The notes: generated from the sequence alone by a model not told the origin. A stretch of DNA of 64,000 nt from Candidatus Bathyarchaeia archaeon (GCA_050010755.1 JBEKKK010000004.1:64001-128000), one strand, 5' to 3'; shown: positions 9,828 through 20,531, numbered from the stretch's first letter. Made by a program: numbers and translations.

Positions 9828-10116
9828 AGTGAAGCCTCAGGCAAAAAGTCAACCCTACTCTTCTTAAACCTTCCACTCCTCTCAGCTTGAGCATCATGCC
9901 CTTTTCTCTCGTCGCGCTTTCCCCCTCCCTTTTTTTTCTTTACATCAGATGTAATGTTGCAATGTAAGTTTCCATGCTGCGTTTCGCCCCCCGTCTCTAC
10001 GATTGTGAGATTAGTGGTAATGTTATTTTGTGACGAACTTGTAGACCGCGATTAGGATTTTGGACGCTCCGGTCTGCGACTGTGTTGTTACTGGGAATAG
10101 TTGAAAAGGCGCGTGT

Positions 10117-10812
10117 TCAATCGATCAAAGTTCCGATTCGGTCTCCTCTAATCGCCTTTAAAACACTCTGGGGTTTAAAGCCGTTTACGACGATGAACTT
10201 TACTTTTGCGCGTTTGAGAATTTTGATGGCTTCTGGATCCACAATTTGATGAATACCTGCCTCATGTTTGTCTTGGACACAGACGCGAGTCAAGTCCTCA
10301 AACCTTAAGTGGTTAAGTTTCTCTGCGTCCGGATGTTTCTTGGGGTCCTTATCAAAGATGCCTTCTTGATCCGTGGCTTTTATCAATAGATCCGCATTCG
10401 AGGCCTGAGCGATCATGGCGGCCACGGTATCAGTCGTCATTCCAGGCTTCAGACCGCCCATAACCCCGATTTTGCCCTTGTTTGTGCAAGTGACGGCTTC
10501 TTCAACGGTCAGCGAAACACGGTCGCAACCAGAATTCCCTATCCTTTTTAGAAGTAGCTGGGCGAATAGTCGCGAAACCCCTATCGCTATTCCGTCCTGG
10601 GCCTCCTGGTTAAGCCCTAAATCCTTGGCGACACGGATGAATTCTCTTGCCAGAGCTCCGCCACCGACAACCACGACGATCTTATGATGGTGGGTTCTCA
10701 ATGTTTTCATCATGTCGGCGTATTCACCGATTAGTTCAGGGTTAATTGGTGAAGCCACAACTGAACCGCCTATCCTGAGCACGATTCGCACAGTTCTACA
10801 ACTCCAGGCCAT
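10117..10812 (-). CDS. pyrH: Uridylate kinase
   Basis: RIGGS, VVGGG, PGMTTD, DKDPKK; archaeal UMP kinase pattern. Confidence 0.9.
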   Translation of the reverse strand: MAWSCRTVRIVLRIGGSVVASPINPELIGEYADMMKTLRTHHHKIVVVVGGGALAREFIRVAKDLGLNQEAQDGIAIGVSRLFAQLLLKRIGNSGCDRVSLTVEEAVTCTNKGKIGVMGGLKPGMTTDTVAAMIAQASNADLLIKATDQEGIFDKDPKKHPDAEKLNHLRFEDLTRVCVQDKHEAGIHQIVDPEAIKILKRAKVKFIVVNGFKPQSVLKAIRGDRIGTLID

Positions 10813-11027
10813 TGTCTATGCATGTCTCCGCATTTAAAAATCCTGTTTGAAAGCCCACGTTCCTTGGCCAACCTTCTTTCGAATTTCGCTTTGTACTTTG
10901 TGAACTGCGACTTTCTGAGCTGTTTTCCAAGGGGGTTGGGATATTATCACTGTATTTTGGGGAGTTGCATGGAAACTGTTTTTAGAGACGTTTGGGAAGA
11001 GGCTGAAGGAAATGGAAGAGAAAGATT

Positions 11028-11954
11028 TTGCCAACAACCGCGAATTTGATAGTCAATCCAATTCCGCCTTTCGACTTCGAATTGAGTGCCATGATTTTTT
11101 CAAACGGTGACCCGCAAATCCGGAGATACGAAGGGGGAGAGTTCTGGCAGGTGATTAGAGTAGGGAGCAAGCTAATTCTCATGAAGGTAGTAAGCGCGGG
11201 AACGGTTGAAGAACCGAAAATCTCTGTTCAACTGGAATCTGAGCATAAAATCTCCAACGAAGAAAGAGAAGAGAGTGGAAAAATTGTTCGCACCCTTTTC
11301 AACCTTGATCTTGATCTGAAGCCCTTCTACGAACGAACAAAAGACGACAGCGTGATGGCAAAGTTGACCAGTAAGTTGAGAGGCCTAAGAAGCCCCACGA
11401 CTCCCACAGTCTTTGAGGCATTGATAGACTCAATCATCGAACAGCAAATCTCTCTAACAATAGCAAATACGATGGAAAGGCGACTAATCAAGTCATTCCG
11501 CGAGGTGCTCGCATTGGGCAAGGAACTCTACTATGCCTTTCCGACGCCCCAAGATTTGGCCTCAACAAGCATCCGGAAACTCCGCGGCTACGGGCTGAGT
11601 CAGAGAAAAGCAGAGTACATAAAAGACGTCTCAAAAATGGTAGCCGACGGCAAACTCTCTTTCGAGAAGCTCAAAGGCTATGAAGACGCCGACGATATCA
11701 TCGCGGAGCTTGATGCGATAAGGGGCATCGGCATTTGGACAGCCGAGATGACCATGATAAGAGGAATGCAGAGACCAGAAGCTTTTCCGGCAGATGACGT
11801 AGGACTCAGAAGGGTAATCGCACACTACTATTGCCAAGACAAAAGAATCTCGAGTGACGAGGCACGCAAAATCGCGGAAAAATGGGGAAAATGGAAAGGG
11901 CTGGCCAGTTTCTATTTGATAATCGCCAACGCCATGGATATCAATGCCCCTTAA
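11028..11954 (+). CDS. alkA: DNA-3-methyladenine glycosylase II (AlkA family)
   Basis: SIIEQQIS, FPTP, HhH IRGIGIWTAE, FPADD. Confidence 0.9.
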   Translation: MPTTANLIVNPIPPFDFELSAMIFSNGDPQIRRYEGGEFWQVIRVGSKLILMKVVSAGTVEEPKISVQLESEHKISNEEREESGKIVRTLFNLDLDLKPFYERTKDDSVMAKLTSKLRGLRSPTTPTVFEALIDSIIEQQISLTIANTMERRLIKSFREVLALGKELYYAFPTPQDLASTSIRKLRGYGLSQRKAEYIKDVSKMVADGKLSFEKLKGYEDADDIIAELDAIRGIGIWTAEMTMIRGMQRPEAFPADDVGLRRVIAHYYCQDKRISSDEARKIAEKWGKWKGLASFYLIIANAMDINAP

Positions 11955-12020
11955 GAAGCAGTTTCGTAGTAGCGGTAGATGATTCTATCCAGCCGTACGT
12001 GTTTAAATAAAGGCCTGAAA

Positions 12021-13025
12021 ATGTTAAGCACTGAAATGAAAAAAAGAAAAGCTCTTGCACTTTTGTCAGGCGGTTTGGACAGCACGTTAGCGGTGAAGCT
12101 GCTTCTGGAACAGGGCATAGATGTTGAAGCGATAAATTTCATGTCTCCGTTTTGCCTTTGCGGCCGGGGTGGATGTGGGGCGTCAGAAGTGGCGAAAAAA
12201 TTTCAAATACCGTTGAAAGTCGTCAGCGTCGGCGAGGACTACTTGAGGCTAATCAGAAAACCGAAGCACGGCTACGGAAAAAACATGAACCCCTGTATCG
12301 ATTGCAGGATCTTCATGCTGAAAAAGGCCAAGAAATACGCACGGGAAACGGGAGCCGCCTTCATCTTCACAGGCGAAGTGCTGGACGAGAGGCCTATGAG
12401 TCAGCATTTCAAGGCCTTGAAGACGATAGAAGAAGAGGCCGGACTGGAAAACAGGATTTTGAGACCATTGTCCGCAAGAGTGCTTCCAGAAACTTTCATT
12501 GAAAAAAGTGGACTGGTTGACCGCAAGAAGCTTCTGGACTTTCACGGCAGGTCTAGGAAGAAGCAGATCGAACTTGCCAAAGTGTTCAGCATAGCTGATT
12601 ATCCGTGTCCCGCTGGAGGTTGCCTACTCACCTACAAGGAATTTGCTGACAAGGTGAGAGATCTGTTCCAGAACAAAAACCGAGTAAGCCTAAAGGACAT
12701 AGCGCTGCTGAAATTGGGCAGGCACCTGCGATACGGAAAGAACAAGATAATCGTTGGCAGGAACGAGTCTGAAAACAAAGCCCTTGTTCAAATGAAATTG
12801 CCGAGCGACTACTATTTTGAGGTTCCGAACTGCGGTAGCCCAATCACGATTCTTCAGGGAACGAAAACGAAAGAAGCGATAGAGAAAGCGGCAGCCTTGA
12901 CAGCTTATTATTCAGATGAGAAAAGTTCTGAGGTCGTGGTGAGATTTGGAAAGAACAGTTTGGACAAGGAGACGAAGGTTGCTAAGCTGAGCAGGGAAGA
13001 AGTGGAAAAGCTGAGAATCATCTAA
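12021..13025 (+). CDS. PP-loop tRNA thiolation-type enzyme (ThiI/MnmA-like, DUF814-like C-terminus)
   Basis: LSGGLDS, NPCIDC, GEVLDERPMSQ, PAGGCLLT, GRNESEN. Confidence 0.8.
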   Translation: MLSTEMKKRKALALLSGGLDSTLAVKLLLEQGIDVEAINFMSPFCLCGRGGCGASEVAKKFQIPLKVVSVGEDYLRLIRKPKHGYGKNMNPCIDCRIFMLKKAKKYARETGAAFIFTGEVLDERPMSQHFKALKTIEEEAGLENRILRPLSARVLPETFIEKSGLVDRKKLLDFHGRSRKKQIELAKVFSIADYPCPAGGCLLTYKEFADKVRDLFQNKNRVSLKDIALLKLGRHLRYGKNKIIVGRNESENKALVQMKLPSDYYFEVPNCGSPITILQGTKTKEAIEKAAALTAYYSDEKSSEVVVRFGKNSLDKETKVAKLSREEVEKLRII

Positions 13026-13097
13026 GAAAAAGAAAACCAAATGCGGCTGACATTAGCATTCTGTTTTTAATAAGAAGTCTGCTAGATTATAGAGTGT

Positions 13098-14018
13098 ATG
13101 TCGTCCGCCGATGTTGCAGTCAAGGTCTTTCTCGAATTGAAGAACGAGGACTTCAGAGTTCTCCAAGCCATAGAAACGGCCATGAGCGAGCATGAATTCG
13201 TCTCGGGAGAACAAATAGCCCGATTTACCAAGCTGGACTTGCTGCGGGACACAGACTTTCGAATAAACCGCCTCAGCAAGCTAGGGCTAATCTATCGAAT
13301 GCGTGGAGCCTACACTGGTTACACTCTCAACTACGCTGGTTACGATTGCCTCGCCATAAACGGTTTGGTCAAAGCTAACGTGCTTGAGGCCTTCGGCAAA
13401 TCTCTGGGCGTGGGCAAGGAAGCCGACGTATACGACGCGCTCAAGCCTAGTGGCGAACGCATAGCAGTGAAATTTCACCGCTTAGGAAGAATCAGCTTCC
13501 GGCAAATCATCAGAAGAAGAAGCTATTCGACCGAACGCAGTGCGAGTTGGCTTTATCAATCTAGGCTGGCGGCACAGAGAGAATACCAGGCTCTGCAAAT
13601 CCTTTTTCCATGTGGCGTAGCTGTTCCGGAACCGATAAGCCAGAACCGTCACGTTGTAGCCATGGGAATCATCGAGGGGGGCGAACTCGCAGATTATAAG
13701 CGTTTATCAAGAACGGAAAGAATCTTGAAGGAGATTCTTCGCAACGCACGCAAGGCCTATGTGAAAGCGGGCATAATTCACGCAGACTTGAGCGAATACA
13801 ACGTCATCCTGAAACCTGACAGACACATATTGATAATCGACTGGCCGCAATACGTTACCAAGGAACATCCAAACGCCGAAGAACTGCTAAAACGCGACGT
13901 CCACAACATTCTACAATACTTCAAGCGCAAGCACAAGGTCAATGCAAGTCTTGAGGAAACGATGGAATACGTAACTGGAAAAAATAGATCCCTTATCTTA
14001 CAGGTACGTCCAGCATGA
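13098..14018 (+). CDS. rio2: RIO2-type Ser/Thr kinase
   Basis: N-terminal wHTH, GVGKEADVY, KFHRLGRISF, HADLSEYN, IDWPQ. Confidence 0.93.
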   Translation: MSSADVAVKVFLELKNEDFRVLQAIETAMSEHEFVSGEQIARFTKLDLLRDTDFRINRLSKLGLIYRMRGAYTGYTLNYAGYDCLAINGLVKANVLEAFGKSLGVGKEADVYDALKPSGERIAVKFHRLGRISFRQIIRRRSYSTERSASWLYQSRLAAQREYQALQILFPCGVAVPEPISQNRHVVAMGIIEGGELADYKRLSRTERILKEILRNARKAYVKAGIIHADLSEYNVILKPDRHILIIDWPQYVTKEHPNAEELLKRDVHNILQYFKRKHKVNASLEETMEYVTGKNRSLILQVRPA

Positions 14019-14232
14019 TGTAGAGGACGTTGTTTCCACGCAATAGGACATTTCCATAGTTTGTTATCAGCTGATCATCCTTAGACTCTGTGGCTCCTTC
14101 CAGGAGAATGTTCATGTGACCATCGCATTTGATCATCTTGCCCTTGTACTCTCCGCCATTCTTGAGTACCACGGCAATGCCCGCGTTCAACTGCTTCACA
14201 AGAACGTTCAGCGGCTTCTTGCTAGGCTCCAT
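13993..14232 (-). CDS. Sm-like (Lsm) RNA-binding protein
   Basis: Sm1 YKGKMIKCDGHMNILL and Sm2 LLRGNNV. Confidence 0.92.
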   Translation of the reverse strand: MEPSKKPLNVLVKQLNAGIAVVLKNGGEYKGKMIKCDGHMNILLEGATESKDDQLITNYGNVLLRGNNVLYIMLDVPVR

Positions 14233-14464
14233 TAAAGCACCCTAATCCAAACTTAATTAAACATACCACCAGCCACCACATATAAAAGCCTTGTGAAGAT
14301 GAGTTCTGTGACAACATCGGATTATAGCCTTAAGGTGCAAGTCGTGGGAATAGCCCCCTTTCAGAACCGCGCCAGAAAAACCTCGCGCGCGCAATGCTGT
14401 GACGTGCAATATAAGAGCGTTCCACAATTGTTAATTCTTTGAGTTGCTTATATTCAGTTGCAGA

Positions 14465-16390
14465 ATGGGGAGAGGAGTCAGTTTGTTTGGAAAGAGTGTT
14501 TCAAGCCTAATGCTGCTCTTGCTTTTTGCAGGCATGTTAGCCTCGGCATTCACGGTCACGCACTCGAGCGCGGGCGTGCTTGACTCGATGTGGGTGTCTC
14601 CTTCAATGATAAACTATAGCGCAAGCAAAGCAAGTGTAGGAACCTTGTTCAATGTTACTGTTTGGGCGAACATGCAGAACGGTACGTATGACTGGCAGGT
14701 TAATATGAACTTTGATGCGTCAGTATTTCAAGAAGTGGCTTGTGGCTACACAGATGGGACAACGAGCGCATACTTTTTCGGACATACCACTGTACCTATC
14801 ACTCCATTCGTGAACAATGCTCTGGGGACTATACTGTTTGGCGAGAGTCTAATTGGCTTGACGGATTACGCACCTGAAGAAAATGCCAGTTTGATGTATG
14901 CTGAGTTTAACATCACGAAAATGCCCACAACGACAACGCCATCATACACCGGGGTCTTTGACATCAATGCTACTGGCAGCAGGGGCACGTTCTTCGACGA
15001 TTTCAACGGAAACAATATCGTTTTGGCGGCCAACCTCTACGATGCAACCTATACACTCACATATAGCGCTCCAGGCTTGCTTGACTCGATGTGGGTGTCT
15101 CCTTCAACCATAGCGTATAGCACAGACAATGCGAGTGTGGGAACCCTGTTCAATGTTACGGTATGGGCCTACATGCAGAACGGTACGTTTGACTGGCAGG
15201 TGACAATGAAATTTGATTCTTCAGTATTTCAGGAAGTCAAGGTAGGCTATACGGACGGGGCGACAAGCGCATACTTTGCGGGGCACGTCACAGTGCCTGT
15301 CTATCCTGTTGTGGACAACGTTGGGGGTAGTATACTCTTTGCCGAAAGTCTCATAGGCGAGAAGGTTTACGCACCTGAAGAAAATGCCAGTTTGATGTAT
15401 GCTGAGTTTAACATCACGAAAATGCCCACAACGACAACGCCATCATACACCGGGGTCTTTGACATCAATGCTACCGGCACCACAGGCACGTTCTTCGACG
15501 ATTTCAACGGAAACAATATCGTTTTGGCGGCCAACCTCTACGATGCAAACTTTACCCTATCTCACGTTCCCGTTCCAACAATCAGCTCTTTAACCCAGGT
15601 TCCTAACGTCATCAGCGTTAATGACAGCGAGGCCGTAGCAGCGTCGGCAAACGTGACTGACAACAGCGGCACAGGAATTGCGAACGTTACCCTCGTCTAT
15701 TCACTCGAAGGTTGGACTGTAAACTCCACCGCTGCAATGACGCTGAACAGTAGAACTCGGTTGTACGATGGCACCATTCCAGGATTCCTGAGCGGAACGA
15801 TCGTCTACTATGTCATCCAAGCCTACGACAACAACGGAGGCTTCACGGAAACCCCGCCCGAAACTTATACAGTCCTCTCAAAAGCGGCCGCGCAGGCGCT
15901 CGTGCAGGTTACAAAGATAACATCCAACACTACATGGGTTTATCAAGGGCAAGTTGTAAACGTCAACGTAACGGTCAGCAACGTCGGAGACCCTCCAGAA
16001 AATGTTTGGGTCACACTTTACTACAACATGACAGCCGGCAAAAGCATAGGCGCATACCCCGTCTACCTAGATATTGAGCAAAATTATACATTTCTGTTCA
16101 TGTGGAACACGGCAGGCATACCGTGCCTTAACTACACCTTGACAGCGGTAGCAACAATACCCACAGGTTCGAACACGTTCATCGACGGTAGCATAACAAT
16201 TAGGCTCGTAGGCGACGTGAACGGAGACGGGAGAGTAGACCTGAAGGACATCGCGTTGGTGGTTCGCGCCTTTGGCTCAACTACGACACGTCCCAATTGG
16301 AACCCCGCGGCGGATCTCAACGGTGACGGCATAGTCAACATGCAGGACGTCGCAATCGTAGCCAGGCAATTCGGACAACACTACCCATAA
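14465..16390 (+). CDS. Secreted surface protein: two cohesin-like repeats, Ig-like/CARDB domains, C-terminal dockerin
   Basis: Signal peptide; duplicated 167-aa unit; GDVNGDGRVDLKD...DLNGDGIVNMQD dockerin; many N-x-S/T sites; start uncertain. Confidence 0.8.
   Translation: MGRGVSLFGKSVSSLMLLLLFAGMLASAFTVTHSSAGVLDSMWVSPSMINYSASKASVGTLFNVTVWANMQNGTYDWQVNMNFDASVFQEVACGYTDGTTSAYFFGHTTVPITPFVNNALGTILFGESLIGLTDYAPEENASLMYAEFNITKMPTTTTPSYTGVFDINATGSRGTFFDDFNGNNIVLAANLYDATYTLTYSAPGLLDSMWVSPSTIAYSTDNASVGTLFNVTVWAYMQNGTFDWQVTMKFDSSVFQEVKVGYTDGATSAYFAGHVTVPVYPVVDNVGGSILFAESLIGEKVYAPEENASLMYAEFNITKMPTTTTPSYTGVFDINATGTTGTFFDDFNGNNIVLAANLYDANFTLSHVPVPTISSLTQVPNVISVNDSEAVAASANVTDNSGTGIANVTLVYSLEGWTVNSTAAMTLNSRTRLYDGTIPGFLSGTIVYYVIQAYDNNGGFTETPPETYTVLSKAAAQALVQVTKITSNTTWVYQGQVVNVNVTVSNVGDPPENVWVTLYYNMTAGKSIGAYPVYLDIEQNYTFLFMWNTAGIPCLNYTLTAVATIPTGSNTFIDGSITIRLVGDVNGDGRVDLKDIALVVRAFGSTTTRPNWNPAADLNGDGIVNMQDVAIVARQFGQHYP
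14578..15550 (+). repeat. Internal tandem duplication, 501-bp period
   Basis: TTGACTCGATGTGGGTGTCTCCTTCAA at 14580 and 15081; near-identical blocks about 14867-15047 and 15368-15548. Confidence 0.95.
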
Positions 16391-16496
16391 TCTCCTTCTT
16401 TTTTCACTTCTACTGTCGTCCCCCACTCACGCGTAAGTCGTATCAACAAATAGCTTTTAGCTTCACTGAGGCCTTTCAATCAGGAGGGCAAATCCA

Positions 16497-16681
16497 ATGG
16501 TTGACTATTGCTTGACAAGACTCTGCCACATTTGCGGCACACGCATGCCATTTAGGGTACGCTCACCGTCCAAAATGTACTAATTGCATCTGCTTCCTTT
16601 GTGAAGTGATATGGAGACAAAAGGAAAATATTCTGTCAAATGCCAATGTGCGACGAGAAACTTCAACAGTCTTCGGATTAG
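16497..16681 (+). pseudogene. Possible decayed Cys-rich zinc-finger microprotein
   Basis: GGAGG SD, then MVDYCLTRLCHICGTRM...stop; further Cys pairs (KCTNCICFLC, FCQMPMC) continue in shifted frames. Confidence 0.3.
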
Positions 16682-16751
16682 CGCGCGCTAGTCTGAAAAT
16701 TTGGCAACATAAAATTTAAGTGAGTGTCCACCTGCTTCAAAATGATGAAAA

Positions 16752-17690
16752 ATGAATATAGTTGTCGTTGATCACGTTTATCTTGAACCGGAGCACATTG
16801 GCAGGTTGCAATCGCTTGGAAACCTGAAAATTTTCAAAAATCCTCCCACATCGGTTAATGCTTTGAAGCGAAGAATAGCGGGTGCAGACGTCGTAATTGT
16901 TGGATGGAATAAAGTAACCAAAGACGTCATCGATTCCTCCAAGAGGCTCAAGATGATTTCGATATGGGCTACCAGCTGTCATTACGCTGACGTTCAGGCA
17001 GCGAAGGAAAAGGGAATCACTGTCACTCACGTTCCGGGCTATGCCACGGAAGCAGTGGCTGAACACTCTTTCGCTTTGATGCTGGCAGCTGCCAGAAGAC
17101 TGATATTGGCAGATGAGCATGTGAGAAATGGGGAGTTTGACTGGAGACCTTTTGGGGGCGTCGAACTTCATGGGAAAACCCTCGGCGTAATCGGTACCGG
17201 TACGATCGGTTGCCGAGTAGCAGAAATATCCAAAGCTTTTGGAATGCAGGTTCTAGGTTACGACAAGTACCCAAATGTTGAGAAGGCCAAGGAACTCGGG
17301 ATAAAATACGTCGACCTTCACACGTTGCTGAGAAACAGCGACTTCATATCCATACACGTCACGTTGACACCAGAAACAGAAAAGCTTCTGGGACAAAAAG
17401 AGTTCGATGCCGTGAAAAAGGGCGCCGTGATTGTCAACACTTCACAAGGGAAGGTTATCGATGAGAAAGCCTTGATAAAGGCGTTGAAATCGGGCAGAAT
17501 ATCTTATGCTGGACTCGATGTTTTTGAAGACGAGCTGCCCCCCAGGAAAAACCAGCTGTTCGCACTGGATAACACGGTACTCTCGCCTCACGTTGGGTTC
17601 CACACCGTCGAAGCCGTTAAGAGATGCACTGACCTCTGCATCGACAACGTTGAAAAATTCTTGGAGGGTCATCCGCAGAACCTGTGCTAG
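16752..17690 (+). CDS. D-isomer-specific 2-hydroxyacid dehydrogenase
   Basis: GVIGTGTIG, AGLDVFEDE, SPHVG. Confidence 0.92.
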   Translation: MNIVVVDHVYLEPEHIGRLQSLGNLKIFKNPPTSVNALKRRIAGADVVIVGWNKVTKDVIDSSKRLKMISIWATSCHYADVQAAKEKGITVTHVPGYATEAVAEHSFALMLAAARRLILADEHVRNGEFDWRPFGGVELHGKTLGVIGTGTIGCRVAEISKAFGMQVLGYDKYPNVEKAKELGIKYVDLHTLLRNSDFISIHVTLTPETEKLLGQKEFDAVKKGAVIVNTSQGKVIDEKALIKALKSGRISYAGLDVFEDELPPRKNQLFALDNTVLSPHVGFHTVEAVKRCTDLCIDNVEKFLEGHPQNLC

Positions 17691-17731
17691 GGCAGAAATT
17701 GACTGCACAATTATTAAGGAGTGACTTTGGG

Positions 17732-18937
17732 ATGAATTTGACCAGAGAAGAAGAAAAAATGCTCGGCGGCGAACTCGGGCGGGGTAATCAGGCAGCTATG
17801 GAACTGCTTGTGGCCATAGGAGACGCGTACGACGCTGAGAAAATGATTCCTGTCACCCGTGCGCATGCGGCTTCCAGCGGCCAGGAGGGAGACCTGTACT
17901 TCGTCGAACTGTTGGCAAATGGCGGTGCCAAATGTCGAGTTCCGACGAGCACTAATCCCGTATATGATATAGAATTTTTCCACAGACTGTTCGAAATTCC
18001 AAGCGACGAGGCGGAAGTCGCTCGCAGAGTCATGGAGGCCTACAAGAAAGTCGGCGCCATCCTGAGCTGGAGCTGCGTACCATACCTGACTGAGAACATT
18101 CCTCTATTCGGCGAAACTGTGGCATTCTCAGAATCGAGCGCAACGCCATACGTGAATTCTGTAATCGGCGCAAGAACAAATCGAGAGGCGGCTCAGAGCG
18201 CCCTTGCGGCTGGAGTCGTCGGCAAGACTCCCGAGTACGGGCTGCACTTGAAAGAAAATCGAAAAGGCACAGTGCTGATTGACGTTGAAGCAGCCTTGAG
18301 ATGCAGCTTTGACTACACCCTTTTGGGGCAGTTCGTAGGGGAGCAGATAGGTTTCGGAATTCCAGTCTTAACCGGCATTAGCAGGCGTCCGAGCACGGAA
18401 GAACTCATAAACTTCTGTGCAATGTCAAACACCTCTGGAGCGGTTTCCATGTTCTACATACCAGGGTTCACCGTTGAAGCCCAGACCGTCCAAGAGGCCT
18501 TCCAAGGCGACATCCCAGAGGACAGAATCACTGTGACCAAGGCAGAACTGAAGCGCACTTGGGAGAAGATGCAGACGACAACTGGGGCGATCGATTTTGT
18601 CATGCTCGGATGCCCCCACTATACTCTCAAACAGATGGCGGAAGCCGCAAAACTGTTGGATGGAAAGAAGATTCATCGCGGAGTCTCCTTCTGGATTTGC
18701 ACGTCATCTACCACCAAAGCTTTAGCCCAGAGAATTGGGTACGTGGACACGATAGAGAAGGCCGGCGGAAGGGTCGTGGTCGACACGTGCATTGATGAAC
18801 CGTGCTGGACGATTTATAGGGACAAGGTCGGCATGACCGATTCGCCAAAATGCGCCTATTACCGAAGGTTCAAAGACGTTGTGGTAGCTGGACTCGAAGA
18901 CTGCGTGGAAGCGGCAATCAAGGGGAAATACGAATGA
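17732..18937 (+). CDS. Aconitase X large subunit (DUF521)
   Basis: SCVPY, SESSATPYVNSVIGARTNRE, GCPH, DTC motifs. Confidence 0.9.
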   Translation: MNLTREEEKMLGGELGRGNQAAMELLVAIGDAYDAEKMIPVTRAHAASSGQEGDLYFVELLANGGAKCRVPTSTNPVYDIEFFHRLFEIPSDEAEVARRVMEAYKKVGAILSWSCVPYLTENIPLFGETVAFSESSATPYVNSVIGARTNREAAQSALAAGVVGKTPEYGLHLKENRKGTVLIDVEAALRCSFDYTLLGQFVGEQIGFGIPVLTGISRRPSTEELINFCAMSNTSGAVSMFYIPGFTVEAQTVQEAFQGDIPEDRITVTKAELKRTWEKMQTTTGAIDFVMLGCPHYTLKQMAEAAKLLDGKKIHRGVSFWICTSSTTKALAQRIGYVDTIEKAGGRVVVDTCIDEPCWTIYRDKVGMTDSPKCAYYRRFKDVVVAGLEDCVEAAIKGKYE

Positions 18938-19356
18938 AAGCTAGAGAAACTAGACTGAAATGTCACAGGATTGTTGGAGGCTGCGGGGAAGGCGAAGCCC
19001 TTGTCTCCCACGAGCCAATCTGCTTCTACCTGACAGACCCGAGAACGGGCATAGTTCGTGAGAAAACTCATGAGCTTTCGGGAAAGAACCTGTCAAACAA
19101 GGTGCTCGTGTTCCCGTCTGGAAAAGCCAGCTCGGTAGTGCAGATAGATGGCCTCTTCAAGCTGAAGTCACACAACCTGGCCCCCAAAGCGATGATAGTT
19201 AAAGACATCGAAACCGTGCTCATAGTCAGCGCAGTGTTGGCAAAGGTTCCTCTGGTGGACAGACTTGAGAAAGACCCGTTTGATGCAATTCACACGGGCG
19301 ACACCGTAACCGTGGACGCAGACAAGGGAATGGTCACGGTGAGAAAGAACTCCTGA
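18934..19356 (+). CDS. Aconitase X small (swivel) subunit (DUF126)
   Basis: GEGEALVS, HELSG, VLVFPSGKASS; ATGA overlap with the large subunit. Confidence 0.88.
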   Translation: MKARETRLKCHRIVGGCGEGEALVSHEPICFYLTDPRTGIVREKTHELSGKNLSNKVLVFPSGKASSVVQIDGLFKLKSHNLAPKAMIVKDIETVLIVSAVLAKVPLVDRLEKDPFDAIHTGDTVTVDADKGMVTVRKNS

Positions 19357-19367
19357 ATCATGCCACT

Positions 19368-20531
19368 TCACTCTTTGCGGTTGAGACACGTTCTGATACG
19401 TTTCATTCCTTCCCGAATCTGTTCATAGGAGATGGAGTAGGATAATCGCAGATGTCCTTCGCCACTTGTTCCGAAACCAGATCCGGGCACGGTTACCACT
19501 CCAGCCTCTTTCAGCAGGCGCAAGGCAAGGGCCTCGTCCGATTTTTCGATGGCTGAAAAGTCTGGAAAAACGTAGAACGCTCCGTTTGGCACGGTGTAGG
19601 CTAAGGACTGAATGTGACTTAGCTCGTCTATCACCAGGCTTCTTCTTCTGCCATACTCTCTGAGCATTTCTTGAACGCAGTCTTGCGGTCCGGTCAGTGC
19701 AGCAGTTGCAGCTTTCTGGGATATTGAGTTTGGGCACAAGGTTGCGTAATAATGCAGTTTGCGCAGGGTTGCTGAGAGCTTCTTTTTTGCGACTATGTAT
19801 CCGATTCTCCAGCCGGTCATTGCGTAGGCTTTTGAGAAGCCGTTCACCGTGATGGTTCTTTCTTCCATGCCTGGCAGTGAGGCGATGCTGATGTTTTTGG
19901 ACCTGTCGTAAGTGAGTTTTTCGTATATTTCGTCTGCAAAAACCAATAGGTCGTGTTCCTGTGCCACTTCCGAGATATGTTCGAGGTCTCGTTTTGAGAA
20001 TACATGACCCGTCGGATTACAAGGGTTAGACAGCCAAATCATCTTCGTTTTTTCCGTTATTTTCTTTTCTAAAACGTCGACGTCTAAGCCGAAGTTCTGG
20101 CTTTCGTCGAGCGGCACCGTTACCGGCGTCGCTTCCGCCACTAGCGTGTCCTCAAAATATGCAGGGTAATACGGGTCGAGAATGAGGGCTTCGTCTCCCC
20201 GATCCAAAAATCCCAAAGCGGTTATAAGCATGGCTTCCTGAGAACCAGAGGTGACCGTCACTTCTGTTTTGGCATCAGCGTCAATGGAATTGTCGCTCTG
20301 GAGTTTCTCTGCAATCGCTTGGCGCAGCTCCATGGTTCCGTCAACTTCTGTGTAATGAGTGAAACCACTTCTAGCAGCCTTGACAGCAGCTTCAACGATG
20401 TGATCTGGTGTTTTAAAGTCAGGTTCTCCCTGCTCGAAGTGCACCAGATTTTCCATGCCTGAAGAATAGTCAAGCATTCTCCTAATCGCTGATGGTTTCA
20501 GCCAGCTAACCCTGTTGGAAGATTGTGACAA
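19368..20531 (-). CDS. PLP-dependent class I/II aminotransferase
   Basis: GEPDF, NPCNPTG, DEIY, SKAYAMTGWRIG. Confidence 0.95.
   Translation of the reverse strand: MSQSSNRVSWLKPSAIRRMLDYSSGMENLVHFEQGEPDFKTPDHIVEAAVKAARSGFTHYTEVDGTMELRQAIAEKLQSDNSIDADAKTEVTVTSGSQEAMLITALGFLDRGDEALILDPYYPAYFEDTLVAEATPVTVPLDESQNFGLDVDVLEKKITEKTKMIWLSNPCNPTGHVFSKRDLEHISEVAQEHDLLVFADEIYEKLTYDRSKNISIASLPGMEERTITVNGFSKAYAMTGWRIGYIVAKKKLSATLRKLHYYATLCPNSISQKAATAALTGPQDCVQEMLREYGRRRSLVIDELSHIQSLAYTVPNGAFYVFPDFSAIEKSDEALALRLLKEAGVVTVPGSGFGTSGEGHLRLSYSISYEQIREGMKRIRTCLNRKE

Noticed and set aside
14578-15550. Diversity-generating retroelement template/variable repeat pair
   Set aside because: Both copies are in-frame coding, differences are not adenine-specific, and no reverse transcriptase is present
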